A stretch of 63,823 nt of DNA, filler included, from Chiloscyllium plagiosum (GCF_004010195.1; 5 parts of one record of this genome joined end to end with filler, not necessarily neighbours in it); one strand, 5' to 3'. Counted from the first letter of the whole stretch, positions 1 to 13,590 are shown. The notes: generated from the sequence alone by a model not told the origin. Translations and numbers: made by a program.

Positions 1-299
1 GAGGAAAGGCTGAGGGACTTGAGGCTGTTTTCGTTAGAGAGAAGAAGGTTGAGAGGTGACTTAATAGAGACATACAAGATAATCAGAGGGTTAGATAGGG
101 TGGACAGGGAGAGCCTTTTTCCAAGTATGGTGACGGCGAGCACGAGGGGGCATAGCTTTAAATTGAGGGGTGATAGATATAGCACAGATGTCAGAGGTAG
201 TTTTTTTACTCAGAGAGTAGTAAGGGTATGACAGGTCGGCGCAACATCGAGGGCCAAAGGGCCTGTACTACGCTGTAATGTTCTATGTTCTATGTTCTA
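1..299 (+). mobile_element. CR1 LINE 3' end (ORF2 C-terminus, 3' UTR, (TGTTCTA)n tail)
   Basis: ORF LFSLERRRLRGDLIETYKI...TRGH...FFTQRVV is the CR1 ORF2 C-terminus; the segment ends in tgttcta repeats. Confidence 0.92.
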
Positions 300-450
300 T
301 GGTGGAATTTGAATTGTATAAATATTTGGAATTAAGAGTCTAATGATGACCATGAATCCATTGCTGATTGTCAGAAAAATCCATCAGGTTCATGAATGTT
401 GTTGAGGAAAGGAAGCTGCCATCCTTACCTGGTCTGGGCTACATGTGATT
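300..450 (+). mobile_element. Deu-domain-type SINE fragment; its 3' tail resumes at ~3762-3810 after the CR1 insertion
   Basis: Motif ctgccatccttacctggtctgggctacatgtga, and tail gggcaataaatgctggcc at 3762; reverse-complement relatives at ~45340, ~47960 and ~60245. Family name assigned from recollection. Confidence 0.55.
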
Positions 451-3400
451 CATAGAACATAGAACAGGCCCTTTGACCCTCGGTCGCACCGACCTGTGAA
501 CTAATCTAAGCTCGTCCCCCTACACTATCCCAAATCATCCATGTGCTTATCCAAGGATTGTTTAAATCTCCCTCATGTGGCTGAGTTAACTACAATGGCA
601 GGCAGGGCATTCCATGCCCTTACCACTCTCTGAGTAAAGAACCTGCCTCTGACATCTGCCTTAAATCTATCACCCCTCAATTCGTTGCTATGCCCCCTTG
701 TACAAACTGACATCATCATCCTAGGAAAAATACTATCACTGTCTACCCTATCTAATCCTCTGATCATCTTTTATGTCTCTAACAAATCCCCTCTTAGCCT
801 TCTTCTTTCTAATGAGAACAGACCCAAGTCTCTCAGCCTTTCCTTATAAGAGTTTCATTCCAGGCAACCTCCTGGCAAATCTCCTCTGCACCTTTTCCAA
901 TGCTTCCACATCCTTCCTGTAAAGGGGCGACCAGAACTGTACACACTATTCCAAGTGCGGCATCATTAGCGTTTTGTATAGTTGCAGCATGATGTTATGG
1001 CTCCAGAACTCAATCCCTCTACCAATAATACCTAACACATCGTATGCCTTCTTAACAGCACTATCAACCTGGGGGTCAACTTTCAAGGATCTATGTACAT
1101 GGACTCCAAGATCTCTCTACACATCCACACTACCAAGAATCTTTCCATTGACCCAGTATTCAGACTTCCTGTTATTCTTCCCAAAGTGGATCACCTCACG
1201 TTTATTTGCATTGAACTCCATTTGTCACCTCTCAGCCCAATTCTGCAATATATCCAGTTTCTAATCCAAACTGCTAAATCACCCTCAAACCCATGCCTCT
1301 GCATTTTCTCCAGCAGCCTACCATGTGGAACCTTATCAAAGGCTTTACTGAATTCCATCTACATCACGTCAACTGCCGTACCCTCATCCACATGCTTGGT
1401 CACCTTCTCAAAAAACTCAGTGAGGTTTGTGAGACATGACCTGCCCTTGACGAAACCATGTTGACTATCTGAAATCAAATTGTTGCTTGCTAGATGATTA
1501 TAAATCCTATCTCTTATAATCCTTTCCAAAACTTTTCTGACAACAGATGTAAGGCTCACTGGTCTATAATTACCTGGGTCATATCTACTGCCCTTCTTGA
1601 ACAAAGTCACAACATTTGCAATCCTCTAGTCCTCTAGTATTAAACCTGTAGACCATGATGACTCAAAGATCAAAGCCAAAGTCTCCAACACCTCCTCCCT
1701 AGCTTTCCAGAGAATCTTTGGATAAATCCCATCCGGCCCAGGGGACTTGTCTACTTTCCCTCCCTCTAGAATTGATAACACTTCTTCCTTACTAACCTCA
1801 ATCCTTTCTAGTCTAACAACTCATATCTCATTCTTCTCATTAACTATATTTTCCCTTTCCTGAGTGAAAACCAATGAGAAATATTCATTTAGCAACTCTC
1901 CAATTTCCACAGAGTCCATACACAACTTCCTATTTCTGTCTCTGAGTGGCCCTATTTCTTCCCTAGTCATCCTTTTGTTCATCACATACCTATAGAAAGT
2001 TTTATGGTTCTCCTTTATTCTACCTGCTAAAGACTGCTCATGTCCTCGCTTTGCTCTTCTTTACTCTTTCTTTAAATCCTTCCTAGCTGATCTGCAACTC
2101 TCCATAGCCTCATCTGAACCATCTTGTCTCATTGTCACATAAGCCTCCTTCTTCTGCTTAACAGGAGATTCAATTTCTGTAGTAATCTGCAATTCCCTTA
2201 CCTTATCACTTCCTCCCTGCCTGACAGGGACATACCTATCAGGGACATGCAATATCTTTTCCTTAAACCAGCTCCACATTTTGATTGTCGCCAACTCCTG
2301 CATTTTGCCACCCCATTCTATGCATCCTAAGTCTTGCATTATAATTGCCCTTGCCCCATTGATAACTCTTGCCCTGTGACTAGCCCTTTCTATCGCTAAA
2401 CATAACATAACTGAATTATGGTCACTCTCTCCAACGTGCTCACCTATCATTAAATCAAACACCTGCCTGGTTCATTACCAGGCACCAGATCCTGTGTAGC
2501 CTCCCCTCTTGTCGGCCCTTTGACACACTGTGTCAGGAAACCCTCCTGTACACATTGGACAAAAACTGATCCATCTGACGTACTCGAGCTATAACATTTC
2601 CAATCAATGTTGGGGAAGTTAAAGTCCCCCATAATGACCACCCTGTTCCTTTCACTCCTACCCAGAATCGTTTTGCCGATCCTCTCCTCCATATCCCTGG
2701 AACTCAGTGGAGGCCTATAAAAAACTCCCAGCTGTGTGACCTCTGCTCTCCTGCTTCTAACCTCAGCCCATACTACCTTAGTAGACAAGTCTTCGTCAAA
2801 AGCTTTCAGCCACCATTATACTGTCCTTGACTAACAAGGCCACACCTCCCCCTCTTAATGAAAGATCTAAATCCTGGAACCTGCAACATCCATTCCTCAC
2901 TCTGCTCTATCCATGTCCCCAAAGTGGCCACAACATCAAAGCCCCAGGTGTCGATCCAGGCTGCAAGCTCACCTACCTTATTTCGGTTACTTCTGGCGTT
3001 GAAGTAGACACACTTCAATACAGCTTGCTGTCTGCAGCACATTTCTGTGACTATGAAATCCTGTGCATGTCCTCCCTACTCTCATTCTCCTGTGCACTGG
3101 AACTACACATCAGGTTCTCATCTCCCTCCTGAGCTAGTTTAAATCCATCCATATAGCACCAGCAAATTTCCCACCCAGGATATTAGTATCCCTCTGGTTC
3201 AAGTGAAGACCATCCTGTTTGTAGAGGTCCCACCTTCCCCAGAATGAGCCCCAATTATCCAAGTACCTGAAACCCTCCCTGCATCCCTGCAGCCACGTGT
3301 TCAGCTGATATCTCTCCCTATTCCTTGCCTCCGTATCATATGGCACGGGTAACAAACTAGAGATAACAACTCTGCTTGTTTTAGCTCTCAGCTTCCACCC

Positions 3401-3745
3401 TAGCTCCCTGAAATCCTGCCTTACATCCCTATCCCTCTCTCTGCCTATGTCATTGGTACCTACATGGATCACGACTTAGGGCTGGTCACCCTCTCCTTTC
3501 AGGATGCCAAAGACGTGATCCGAGACATCACGGACCCTGGCACCTGGAAGGCAACACAACAACCGTGAGTCTCGTTCATTCCCATCAAACCTTCTATCCG
3601 ACCCTCTGACTATTGTGTCCTCAGTGACTAACACTCTCCTCCTTTCCCTCCTTCCCTTCTGTGCAACCAGGACAGACTCTGTGCCAGAGACCTGCACCCC
3701 ACTGCATAGCCCTAGTAAGTACCGCCCCCAACAGTATCCAAAACG
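451..3745 (-). mobile_element. Long degenerate CR1 LINE: ORF1 SGNH esterase, endonuclease, RT (internal deletion near 1260), 3' tail
   Basis: Minus-strand ORFs IHVGTND...DGLHLN (esterase), CVYFNARS and GDFNFPNIDW (APE endonuclease), NYRPVSLTS and SQHGF (RT); catagaacatagaa tail at 451. Confidence 0.93.
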
Positions 3746-3829
3746 GTATACTTGTTTTGCAGGGGCAATAAATGCTGGCCTGGCCAGAAATGCCCTCATA
3801 CCATGAATGAGTACAGAAAAAAAAAATAG

Positions 3830-5065
3830 CTGAGCACCTGGAAAATATTGGCAGGATTGGACAGAATCAGCAGGGATTTGTGAAAGGGAAATCATGCTTG
3901 ATAAATCTACAGGAACTTCTTAAGATCTAACCAGCAGAGTTGATAAGGGAAACCAATGGATGCAGTTTACTTGGACTTTTAGAAGGCTTTTGATAAGGTT
4001 CCACTTAAGAGATTAGCAAGTAAAATTAAAGTGTATGGGATTGGGAATTGTGTGCCTCCATGGATGGAGAACTGGTTGGCAGACAGTAAACAAATAGTAG
4101 CAATAAATGGGCCTTTTTCTGAGTGGCAGGCAATGACTAGTGCAGTAACATAGGAATCAGTGCTTGGGTCCCATCTATTGGCAATATATAATAATAATTT
4201 AGATGAGGAACTAAATGTTTGCAGATGATACCAAATTGTGTGTGTGAGGGTGATTTGTGAGGAGGATGTGGAAATGCTTCAGTGTGATTTGGAAAATTTA
4301 AGAGTAGGCAAAGGCATGGCAGATGAAGTGCAATATGGATAAATGTGAGGTTATCTTCTTCAGTAACATAAACAAGAAGGTAGATCACAACATGAATAAT
4401 GGTATATTGGGAATGGGGCAAGTGCAATGTAACCTAGCTGTTCTTGTATACCAGTCACTGAAAGAATGCAGTTGGTGAATAAGTAACTGGTATGTTGACC
4501 TTCATAGTGAGAGGTGTGAGTACAGGAGCAGGGATGTCTTGCTACAATTACACCAGGGTTTGCAGTATTTGTGTTCAGTCTCCCTATCTAAGGAAGGATG
4601 TTTTGGCTATGAGGTTTAACAGACTGATTCCTGGGATGCCAAGACTGTCATTTAAGACAAACTGGATTGACCAGGATTACATTAATTTGAATTTATAAGA
4701 AAGAGGGGTGATCCCAGAGAAACCTCTAAAATTATAATCGAACTAGACCAGATAAATGCAGGAATGATGTTCCCATGACGGGGGAGTCACAGCTTAAGGA
4801 TATAGCGTAGGCCATTTAGGACTGAGCTGAGGAGAAACTTCTTCATCCATGGAGTGGTAAATCTGAAATTCTCTGTCACAGAAAATGGTTGAAGCCAAAG
4901 CATTTAATGTTTTCAAGAAGAAGTGAGATGTAGTTCTTAGGGACAAAGGAATCAAAGGGTATGGGGAGAAAGCAGAAATTAATTTGATGATCAGCCATGA
5001 TTATATTAAACGGTGGAGAAGGTTTCAGGGCTGAATGGCCTATTCCTGCTTCCACTTTTTTTCTA
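3830..5065 (+). mobile_element. Degenerate 5'-truncated CR1 LINE (RT to 3' end)
   Basis: Decayed YLDF.KAFDKV, GSVLGP and FADDTK motifs; CR1 3' UTR hairpin gggctgaatggcct. Confidence 0.88.
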
Positions 5066-5849
5066 TGTGTCTTCCCTGCAATTGGTGTTAGGACTGTTGT
5101 TCGTTTTGATGTGTATTAATTACCTGGATTTGGGTAACAGGCAAAATTTCAAACTTTGTGGGTGAGGTAGAAGCTTAAGTGACATATTCTGGTAAAACGC
5201 ACGAGGAGACGCAGTAAAATCCAAACACTGCAAGGGGATGAAGGAGATGTAGGTACACATGTCCTTTGAGTATACATGCATAAATAAATGAGGCTGGCAA
5301 AATTAGAATCTGGACTGCACTGCCTGAAGTGCTGTTGGAAACAGATTCTTCAATTACTTAATGGAATTTATTTCATTGGCACCTTTTCTAATTCCTTGAT
5401 CTGCAGTTCTAGTTGCTATTTTTCTTTCAATTTAATCTGCATAAGGTCCCTCTTTATCTCATTATAATGTGTATATTTACTTCAGTCAAATATCTTTGTC
5501 CTAATTGCTCTTTCTCTCTTCTGACCTTAATGATGGACTGTAATTATTTCATAAATGTACCCTTACTTTTAGATGACAGCTTTATTTGCAATATTACATA
5601 GAAGTTAGTCAAATTTCTATTCTTCTCAAAATAGCAACATTTTGAATGACAACACGATTCTGAATATTATTTAAAAACTCAGCCCCTTTCATTACAAAAT
5701 CTGGAATTATAAATCCATTGATAACACTCAAAAATGTTTACAAATTTCATCCTCAATTTCTTCACCACTGATTATGTTTTACATTATTTTATAAATAACG
5801 TGATGATGCTCCTGCTTCTACAGCATTTCTTTCTGCACTGATACCTCTG

Positions 5850-6022
5850 ATGTCCTTTCAGGATCTTTCTATGGTCTCCTCCTATTTGTCCCCTCAGACT
5901 GCCTTAACAACATCATCTAAGTATACGGCCTCCATATGTAAGATGATGACACCAAGCTCTATCTCACCACCACTCTTCCAACTCCACCACTGGCTCTAAA
6001 TAGTCAGACTGCTATCCAAATC
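5850..6022 (+). mobile_element. L2-like LINE RT fragment
   Basis: gatgatgacaccaagctctatctc encodes a DDT(Q/K)LYL-type motif typical of L2 RT. Confidence 0.5.
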
Positions 6023-6024
6023 CA

Positions 6025-6436
6025 GAGGGTAGCCATGGGCACTCACCTGGGCCCCAGCTACGCCTGCCTCTTTGTCAGTTATGTCAAACAGTCCCTCTTC
6101 AGTACGTAATTAACTCTAACCTGGTCGCTACCTCTTCAGCCATTACAGTAATGCCTGCATTGGTGCTGCATCCTGCACCCAGGCTGAACAGGAGCAGTTC
6201 GTTAACTTTGCCCACAACTTCCACCCCACCTTCAAATTCACTTGGATCATCTCAGACACCTTCCTCCCCTTTTTTGACCTCTCCGTTTCCACCTCTGGCG
6301 ACAGTTTACAGACCAATATTTACTATAAACCCACAGACTCCCATAGCTACCTAGACTACACCTCCTCCCACCCTATATTCTGCAAAACCTCCATGCCGTT
6401 TGCACAATTCCTCTGTCTCCATTGCATCTGCTCTGA
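6025..6436 (+). mobile_element. Penelope-like element RT fragment
   Basis: GVAMGTHLGPSYACLF; YYKPTDSHSYLDYTSSHP; PFAQFL..CICS. Confidence 0.85.
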
Positions 6437-6788
6437 CCAGTGAAACTGTTGGGGCTGCCTTGTTGAATGTTTTTACGTCCAAGATGGGTAGATTTTCGAA
6501 CAATAAATGAATTAAGGGTATGGTCAACAGGTGGATAAGTGAGCTGAATCCACGAAAAGACCAGCCATGTTCTTATTGAATGGCAGAGCAGGCTCAATGG
6601 GCCAGATGGCCTACTCTTGCTCCTATTTCTTATGTTCTTATTGACTTTAATATTGTTGATTTGCAGAATAAAGTGACTAATGTTTTATAAATCTACAATT
6701 ATATATTATTCTAATTTATAAAGTTAGATATATAGAGAATTGTTTTTAAAAAATGCCTCTTTAAAATAACTTATTTCCATCTCATTAG

Positions 6789-6907
6789 TTTCATTATTGG
6801 TGAAGATGGAAACATTTACGAAGGCCGGGGATGGGCCAAAGTTGGAGACCACACATTAGGATTCAACAAAGTCAGTCTTGGGATTAGCATCATAGGAAAC
6901 TTTATGA
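6789..6907 (+). CDS. Peptidoglycan recognition protein (short PGRP, Amidase_2 domain), penultimate coding exon
   Basis: ttag acceptor ending at 6788, gtgagt donor at 6908; reads (N)FIIGEDGNIYEGRGWAKVGDHTLGFNKVSLGISIIGNFM, a hallmark PGRP segment. Confidence 0.95.
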
Positions 6908-8014
6908 GTGAGTGAATATGACTGGTTACCTTCCAAACTATTTGTGTTATATCAATGAACTTACTAAAACATGATTAATTCTAATGAAAAAGCTTTTTTC
7001 TCCTCGCAACTGTCAACATTTCATGAACTCATTCTGAATATCCTCGTACATCAAAACGTACCTGATAAATGTTCATATTATCAACTTAAAGTGTGTTTAC
7101 AACAAAAATTGGTTTAAATGCAACCATTCAGTTGATATCAGCAGAAAAGTGATTAAGTATTCCTTCACTAATGTTTCAAAATCTGCAGTTAATATAATGA
7201 TAAAATATTGCTATTTATTGGACAGGAATTCTAACATGTTTGTGCCGAGGGCCAAATGCGTACCTTAAATCGTGTCAGGGACGATGCATAATCACAAAAT
7301 GTGAAAGATCCATTGACGTAACTATGAGATTCCATCTTACATAACAAAATTAACACCCCATTCAATAGAATATGTGTTATGCCACACACATTTTTCTCTT
7401 TAATGCTATCAGTGTGAACCAGTAGAAGCTGATAGTTCAGATAGTCAGAACATGGGGTTTATTCAGAAGAGGGGCTGCCCAGTTAAAAAAAGAGATGAGG
7501 AGGAATTTCTTAGAAGGTAGTGAATCTGTGAAATTCTTTACTGCAAAGGGCTATCGAGGCTGGGTTGTTAAGTACATTCATAGAGTTAGACAGATTTTTA
7601 CTCAATAAGAAAATCAAGGGTTATGAGGACAGAGAAGTTCATGATTATCAGATTAGCCACAGTCTAATTGAATGGCTAATCTGATGATTCTGGTTTCCTT
7701 TATCCCCCTAACCTTTGATGGGTGATGTATTTAATAATGCTATTAGCATATGTTCAATCTCCATCCTGGCTGAGGTAGTTCTTCAGGGCTTCTTTCTGCC
7801 CATCAGGGATATTGCGACAGGACTGATAGAGATCGATTATATGGAGAGTCATCTGTCAAGCAAGGGCATTACATGAAGTCTGGAGGACCAGTAAGGTCTG
7901 TCTTGTAGTTCAGCAAACTTAAATAATTTTAAATAATTTCAATATAATTTCTGATTTAATTCAATTGTTTTTAAACATGTTGGATTGTATAATAAAATTT
8001 CTGATTTTTTGCAG

Positions 8015-8190
8015 CTACGACACCAAACAGCAAAGCACAGACAGCTGCCCTGAGTCTGATTCAGTGTTCTTTGTTGAAAGGCTCTTTGGCATCCAATTAC
8101 ACTTTGAAGGGACACAGACAATTGGGACAAACTACATGTCCTGGAGATGCACTCTATGAAGTCATAAAGCAATGGCCGAGATGGAACTAA
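8015..8190 (+). CDS. Peptidoglycan recognition protein, last coding exon
   Basis: tttttgcag acceptor, in phase with the previous exon; TTPNSKAQTAALSLIQCSLLKGSLASNYTLKGHRQLGQTTCPGDALYEVIKQWPRWN*; GHR and TCPG motifs. Confidence 0.95.
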
Positions 8191-8642
8191 TGATTATCAT
8201 TCATGCATCATTTCCTGCTTATAAAACACCTGCATTGCTGCTCTTTTTTGATTTTTAAAGGATTTCAGCATTTTATGTAGCTGGCATAAAGTAACACAAG
8301 ATTTCTGTATTCGTTTAACAGGTTATGCTCATATTAATTGGCAATGCTTTGCCAAGCTCTTAAGTTTTTTTCTATTCTTGGGATTGAGCCAGCATGGGTA
8401 GTAGTTGGCAAATTTGATATGAGTTCTTTCTGTATTCTGGTAGTACATTGGCTTGCATCAAATGTAATCCTATTATGCACTGCAACTTATTGCCCCAGAG
8501 AGCACAACAAATTTATCTGAAAATCTGATTATTTCTTGATTCAATTGTAAATTCTGACAAGAATATCAACATTTGGGCAAAGGGGGCAGGGTCACCTTGT
8601 TAGTTAAGAATGAAATTATATCTGTGCCTAAAATTATTGTGA

Positions 8643-8826
8643 GGTAGACAAGCAGAAGACTGGAAGAACACAGCAAGCCTGGGAGCATCAGGAGTTGGAG
8701 AAATCACCATGTAACTCAAAGGGCTCCACCCAAAACATCTCCACCTCCTGATGCTGCCTGGCTTGCTGTGTTCTTCCAGCTCCTGCTTGTCTGCCTTGGA
8801 TTCCAACACCTGCAGTTTTTTTGTCT
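8643..8826. mobile_element. Penelope-derived fold-back mini-element with 15-bp TSD
   Basis: Imperfect inverted arms (ggaagaacacagcaagcc / ggcttgctgtgttcttcc); TSD ctaaaattattgtga at 8628-8642 and 8827-8841. Confidence 0.8.
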
Positions 8827-9044
8827 CTAAAATTATTGTGACTTTGGTAAATTTTGATATGAATATATAGTGTACGTCTGGAAGGCCTGCTGGATTGAAT
8901 GGGGATATACCATCAAGGATTTTTAAATAGAGGCACCAAATTTTAAATTTCTAGTCAAAGGATATATACTCAAACCTTTCAGTATGTGTGAGCCCATTAT
9001 TTCTTGATTCAATTGTAAATTCTGACAAGAATATCACTAGATGA

Positions 9045-11680
9045 CAAAGGGAGAGGGGTCACCTTGTTAGTTAAGAATGAAATTAAATCTGTGGCACTGA
9101 ATGACATAGGGTCAGATGATGTGGAATTGATGTGGGTGGAGTTGAGGAACCACAAAGGCAAAAAAAAAACCATAGTGGGAGTTATGTACAGATCTCCCAG
9201 GAGGGGTCAGGTTCAGGTACGCAAGAAGTACCAGCAAATAGACAGGACATGTCAGAAAGGCAAGGTCACGGTGAACATGAGGGACTTCAATATCAGGTGG
9301 ACTGGGTGAATAATGTTGTCAGGGGATCCAAAGAAAGGGAATCCAAGGAATGCTTACAGGATGGCTTTTTGGAACAACTTGTGATGGAGCCCACAAGGGA
9401 GCAGGCGATTCTAGAATTAGTGCTATGTTATGAGCCAGATTTTATAAAAGATCTTAAAGTAAGGGAACACTTAGGAGGCAGTCATCATAATATGGTAGAG
9501 TTCAGTCTGCAGTTTGAAAAGACAGAATGCAAAATCGGATGTAATGGTGTTACAGTTAAATAAAGGTAATTACAGGGGCATGAGAGAGGAACTGATGAAT
9601 GTCGACTGGGAGCAGAGCCGAGCAGAGAAGACATTACAGCAACAATGGCAGGAGTTTCTGGGTGTGTTTGAGGACACAGTACAGAGGTTCATCCCAAAGA
9701 AAAGAAAGATTATCTGGGGAGGGGATAGACAGCCATGGGTGACAAAGAAAGTCAGGAAATGTATCACAGAAAAAGAGAGAGCCTATAAAGAGGCCAAGAG
9801 CACTGGGAAATCAGAAGATTAGGAAGACTACAAAAACAAACAGAGGATAACAAAGAGAGAAATAAGGAAGGAGAGGGTCAAATATGAAGGTAAACTAGTC
9901 AGTAATATTAGAAATGATAGTAAAAGTTTCTTTCAATACATAAGAAACAAACGAGAGGCAGAAGTAGACATTGGGTCACTCCAAACTGATGCTAGAAGGC
10001 TAGTGCTGGGAGATAAGGAAATAGCTGAAGAATTTAAGTACATTGTGTCAGCCTTCACAGTGGAAGACATGAGTAATATCATAAAAATTGAGGAGAGTCG
10101 GGGACAGAGTTGAGTATGGGAGGCATTACAAAAGAGAAAGTGCTAGAAAAGCTAAAAGGTCTAAAAATCGATAGATCTCCTGGCCCCGATGGGCTACATC
10201 CTAGAGTTCTGAGGAAGGTGGCTGAGGAAATAGCCAGAGGTGCTGACTGTGATCTTTCAAAAGTTACTGGAATCAAGGAAAGTCCCAGATGACTGGAAAT
10301 CACTGTTGTAACTCCCCTTGTTCAAGAAAGGATCAAGACAAAGGATGGAAAATTATAGGCCGATTAGCCTAACCTCAATAAGGATGAGATATCTGTATTC
10401 TTGGAAGTGCATGGTCGGATTAGAACAAGTCAGCATTGATTTAGTAAAGGGAGGTCATGCCTGACAAACCTGTTAGAATACTTTGAAGAGGTAACAAGTA
10501 GGTTAGACCAGGGAAACCATTGAATGTTATCAATCTAGACTTCCAAAAGGCCTTTGATAAGGTGCATCACAGGAGGCTGCTGAGTAAGGTGAGGGCCCAT
10601 AATGTTTGAAGTGAGCTACTGGCATTGATTGGGGATTGGCTGTCTGACAGAAGGCAGAGAGTTGGGATAAAAGGTTCTTTTTTGGAATGGCAGCTGGTGA
10701 CAAGTGGGGTCCTGCAGGGTTCAGTGTTGGGGCCGCAGCTGTTCACTTTATATATTAATGATCTGGATGAAGGGACTGGGGACATTCTGGCGAAGTTCAC
10801 CAATGATACGAAGTTAGGCAGACAGGCAGGTGGTACTGAGGAGCTGGGGAGGCTGCAGAAAGATTTAGACAGTTTAGGAGAGTGGTCCAGGAAATGGCTG
10901 ATGAAATTCAATGTGAGCAAGTGCGAAGTCTTGCACTTTGGAAAGAAAACAGACATGGACTATTTTTTAAATGGTGAGAAAATTCATAAAGCCAAAGTAC
11001 AAAGGGATCTGGGAGTGCTAGTCCAGGATTCTCTAAAGGTTGATTTGCAGGTTAAGTTTGTGATTAAGAAAGTAAATGTAATGTTGTCATTTATCTCAAG
11101 AGGGTTGGACTATAAAAGCAGCGATATGCTTCTGAGACTTTATAAAGCTCTAGTTAGGCCCCATTTACAATACTGTGTCCAAGTTTTCGCCCCACACCTC
11201 AGGATGGACATACTGGCACTGGAGAATGTCCAGCGGAGATTCATGTGGATGATCCCTGGAATGGTAGGCCTAACATATTGATGAATGGCTGACGATCCTG
11301 GGGTTGTATTCATTAGAGTTTAGAAAGTTGAGGGGAGATCTAATAGAAACTTACAAAATAATGCATGGCTTAGAAAGGATGGATGCTGGGAAGTTGTTTC
11401 CGTTAGGCAGGGAGACTAGGACCAGTGGCACAGCCTTAGGATTGGAGGGAGAAAATTTAGAACAGAAATGAGGAGACATTTCTTCAGCCAGAGAGTGGTG
11501 GGCCAGTGGAATTCATTGCCATGGAACACAATGGAGACCAGGACGTTAAATGTCTTCAAGGCAGAGATTGATAATTTCTTGATCTTGCAAGGAATTAAGG
11601 GCTATGGGGAGAGTGGGGGTCAGTGGAGTTGAAATGGCCCGAATGGCCTTACTTCCACTTCTACATCTTATGGTCTTCTC
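9045..11680 (+). mobile_element. CR1 LINE ORF2 (endonuclease + RT) and 3' end, frameshifted
   Basis: WVELRN, DFN, SPGPDGLHPRVL, SGVLQGSVLGP, YINDLD, LVRPHL motifs; CR1 3' UTR. Confidence 0.95.
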
Positions 11681-13329
11681 TCTATCAAATCCTGTGCGGG
11701 ATTTTATTCAAAACTGTTCCTCACACTTGTACAACAGTCTTGCATACAGTTTTTGAGAATCGAACAAAAGTATGTTATGGTCTACATGGCAGGATTTCAA
11801 ACATGGACAGAGATATGCAGCATCTGTGTTAGAGATGTAGCCAGATACAACTGATGTGACAGAGGAAATATTGAAGCCTATCGCAATTTTCCAATATGGG
11901 ATGGGCACATACAGGATTTTATTGCCATTATTTCTTCAATTTCTCTCAATACGTCATGCTATTTTCTTAAATCATTATTAATCATCTTCCTTCCCTCCAC
12001 CAAAGCAAAGAACATTCTTTCACCACCTCATATCTGTTCCCTTCACTCTATTCCATCTTCTAAATTGCTGATCTGAACTATGTTCTATCTCCAGGTTGTG
12101 ACAAACGATCATTTACCCTACACCCTTAAATCTACCTTCCACCAATTTTAGAACCTACCCAATTTCCTGAGTCTTTCTAGAGTTTTTGTTTATATCTAAG
12201 TTCCCAGTCTGTCTCTCTCCACTGTCCATGGCATTGAATACATTAATCATTGGCTTTGTCAACAACTCCATCTAGCAGATCGTTACATCTGATTGGCTAT
12301 TATTATGAATGTTATTTGATACAGCCTACAGAGATACTCAGGCCAAGAATTCAGAACTAATTTTTTTGTATTTCAAAAATATATTTTATTCATTCAAATA
12401 ATCTATAAGTACATACAAAGTTTCAAAATCAGCTCTGTATAATCTTTGCAAGGAGAATAAAACAAATAAAATGTTGGAATTTTGATATTTCTCAGAGCTT
12501 CTCTATAGTTGTAAAACACAAAGACAGAAACTACATATACAGAAAACTATTTATGTTCATTTTGAGGCACCAATAGAGTTATACTTTGGCAGAAAGGTTC
12601 TAGACGGTGGGGGTTTTCCCCACTGAGCCTTGGCGGTAGCTGTCCCAAGCTTTAGTGCCAATCTGCAACACTTGGTCAAGATCAACTCTTTACATAGGAA
12701 AACCAACATGTTTTAGGCTGACGAAAGAGCATCTTTCACTGAGATGATGGTCTTCCAGGCACAGTCAACGTTTGTCTCAGTGAGTGTCCCAGGGAACAGA
12801 CCATAGAACATAGAGGCCTGCATCATGAGTCACTCAGGACAAACTTCAACAAAAACCACTGCATCCCTTTCCAGATCTTCTTTGCACAGGTATATTCCAG
12901 TAGGAGATGTGTGACAGTTTCTTCACCAGTGCAGCCACTTCGAGGGCACCATGTGGTAGCACAGAGAGTCCAGGAGTACATGATGTATTTGACAGATAGT
13001 GCCATCTCACCACCAGCCAAGCGATGTCTTGCTACTTGCTGGAAAGTTATGATGATGAGGCATTCTGCCAAATGACATTGACCCTGCTCAGGGAACAACC
13101 TGACAGGATCCACCCTTTCCTTTTCCTACAGGGTTTCAAGGATGCCCTGATGGGTGTGTGGTCCAAGGTGGTTTTCTTTATTAACTTTTCCATGAGGGAT
13201 AGGTGATACGGAACAATTCAACTATTTAGAGCACTCCGCAGCAATGAGGTCACTCTTATCCTTTGCAATATTGGGGACAGATAGAAGCTCAGCACATTGG
13301 TGTTGTACCAAAGGTCTACGTACACCTTA

Positions 13330-13590
13330 GAGTTATAGAATCATACAGCACAGAAACATGTCCTTTGGTCCAACTGGTTCAAGCCAACCAGGTAGTCCAA
13401 TCTAAATAATCCGACTTACCTGTGTTTGGCCCATGTCCCTCTAAACCCAGGTTGTAATTGAACCCACATCTACCACTTCCTCTGGTAAGTTGTTCCACGT
13501 GTGTGAAATATTTGCCCCTTAGGTCCTTTTTAAATCTTTTGTCTCACCTCAAACATATGCCCTTGAAGTTTGGACTCCCCAACCCAGGAT
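13330..13590 (-). mobile_element. CR1 3' fragment nested in the Tx1-like LINE
   Basis: tagagttatagaatcata tail and CR1 3' UTR in reverse orientation. Confidence 0.75.

Noticed and set aside
3134..3472. SGNH/GDSL esterase ORF as a captured host gene
   Set aside because: Known component of CR1 ORF1, in its expected position upstream of the endonuclease.
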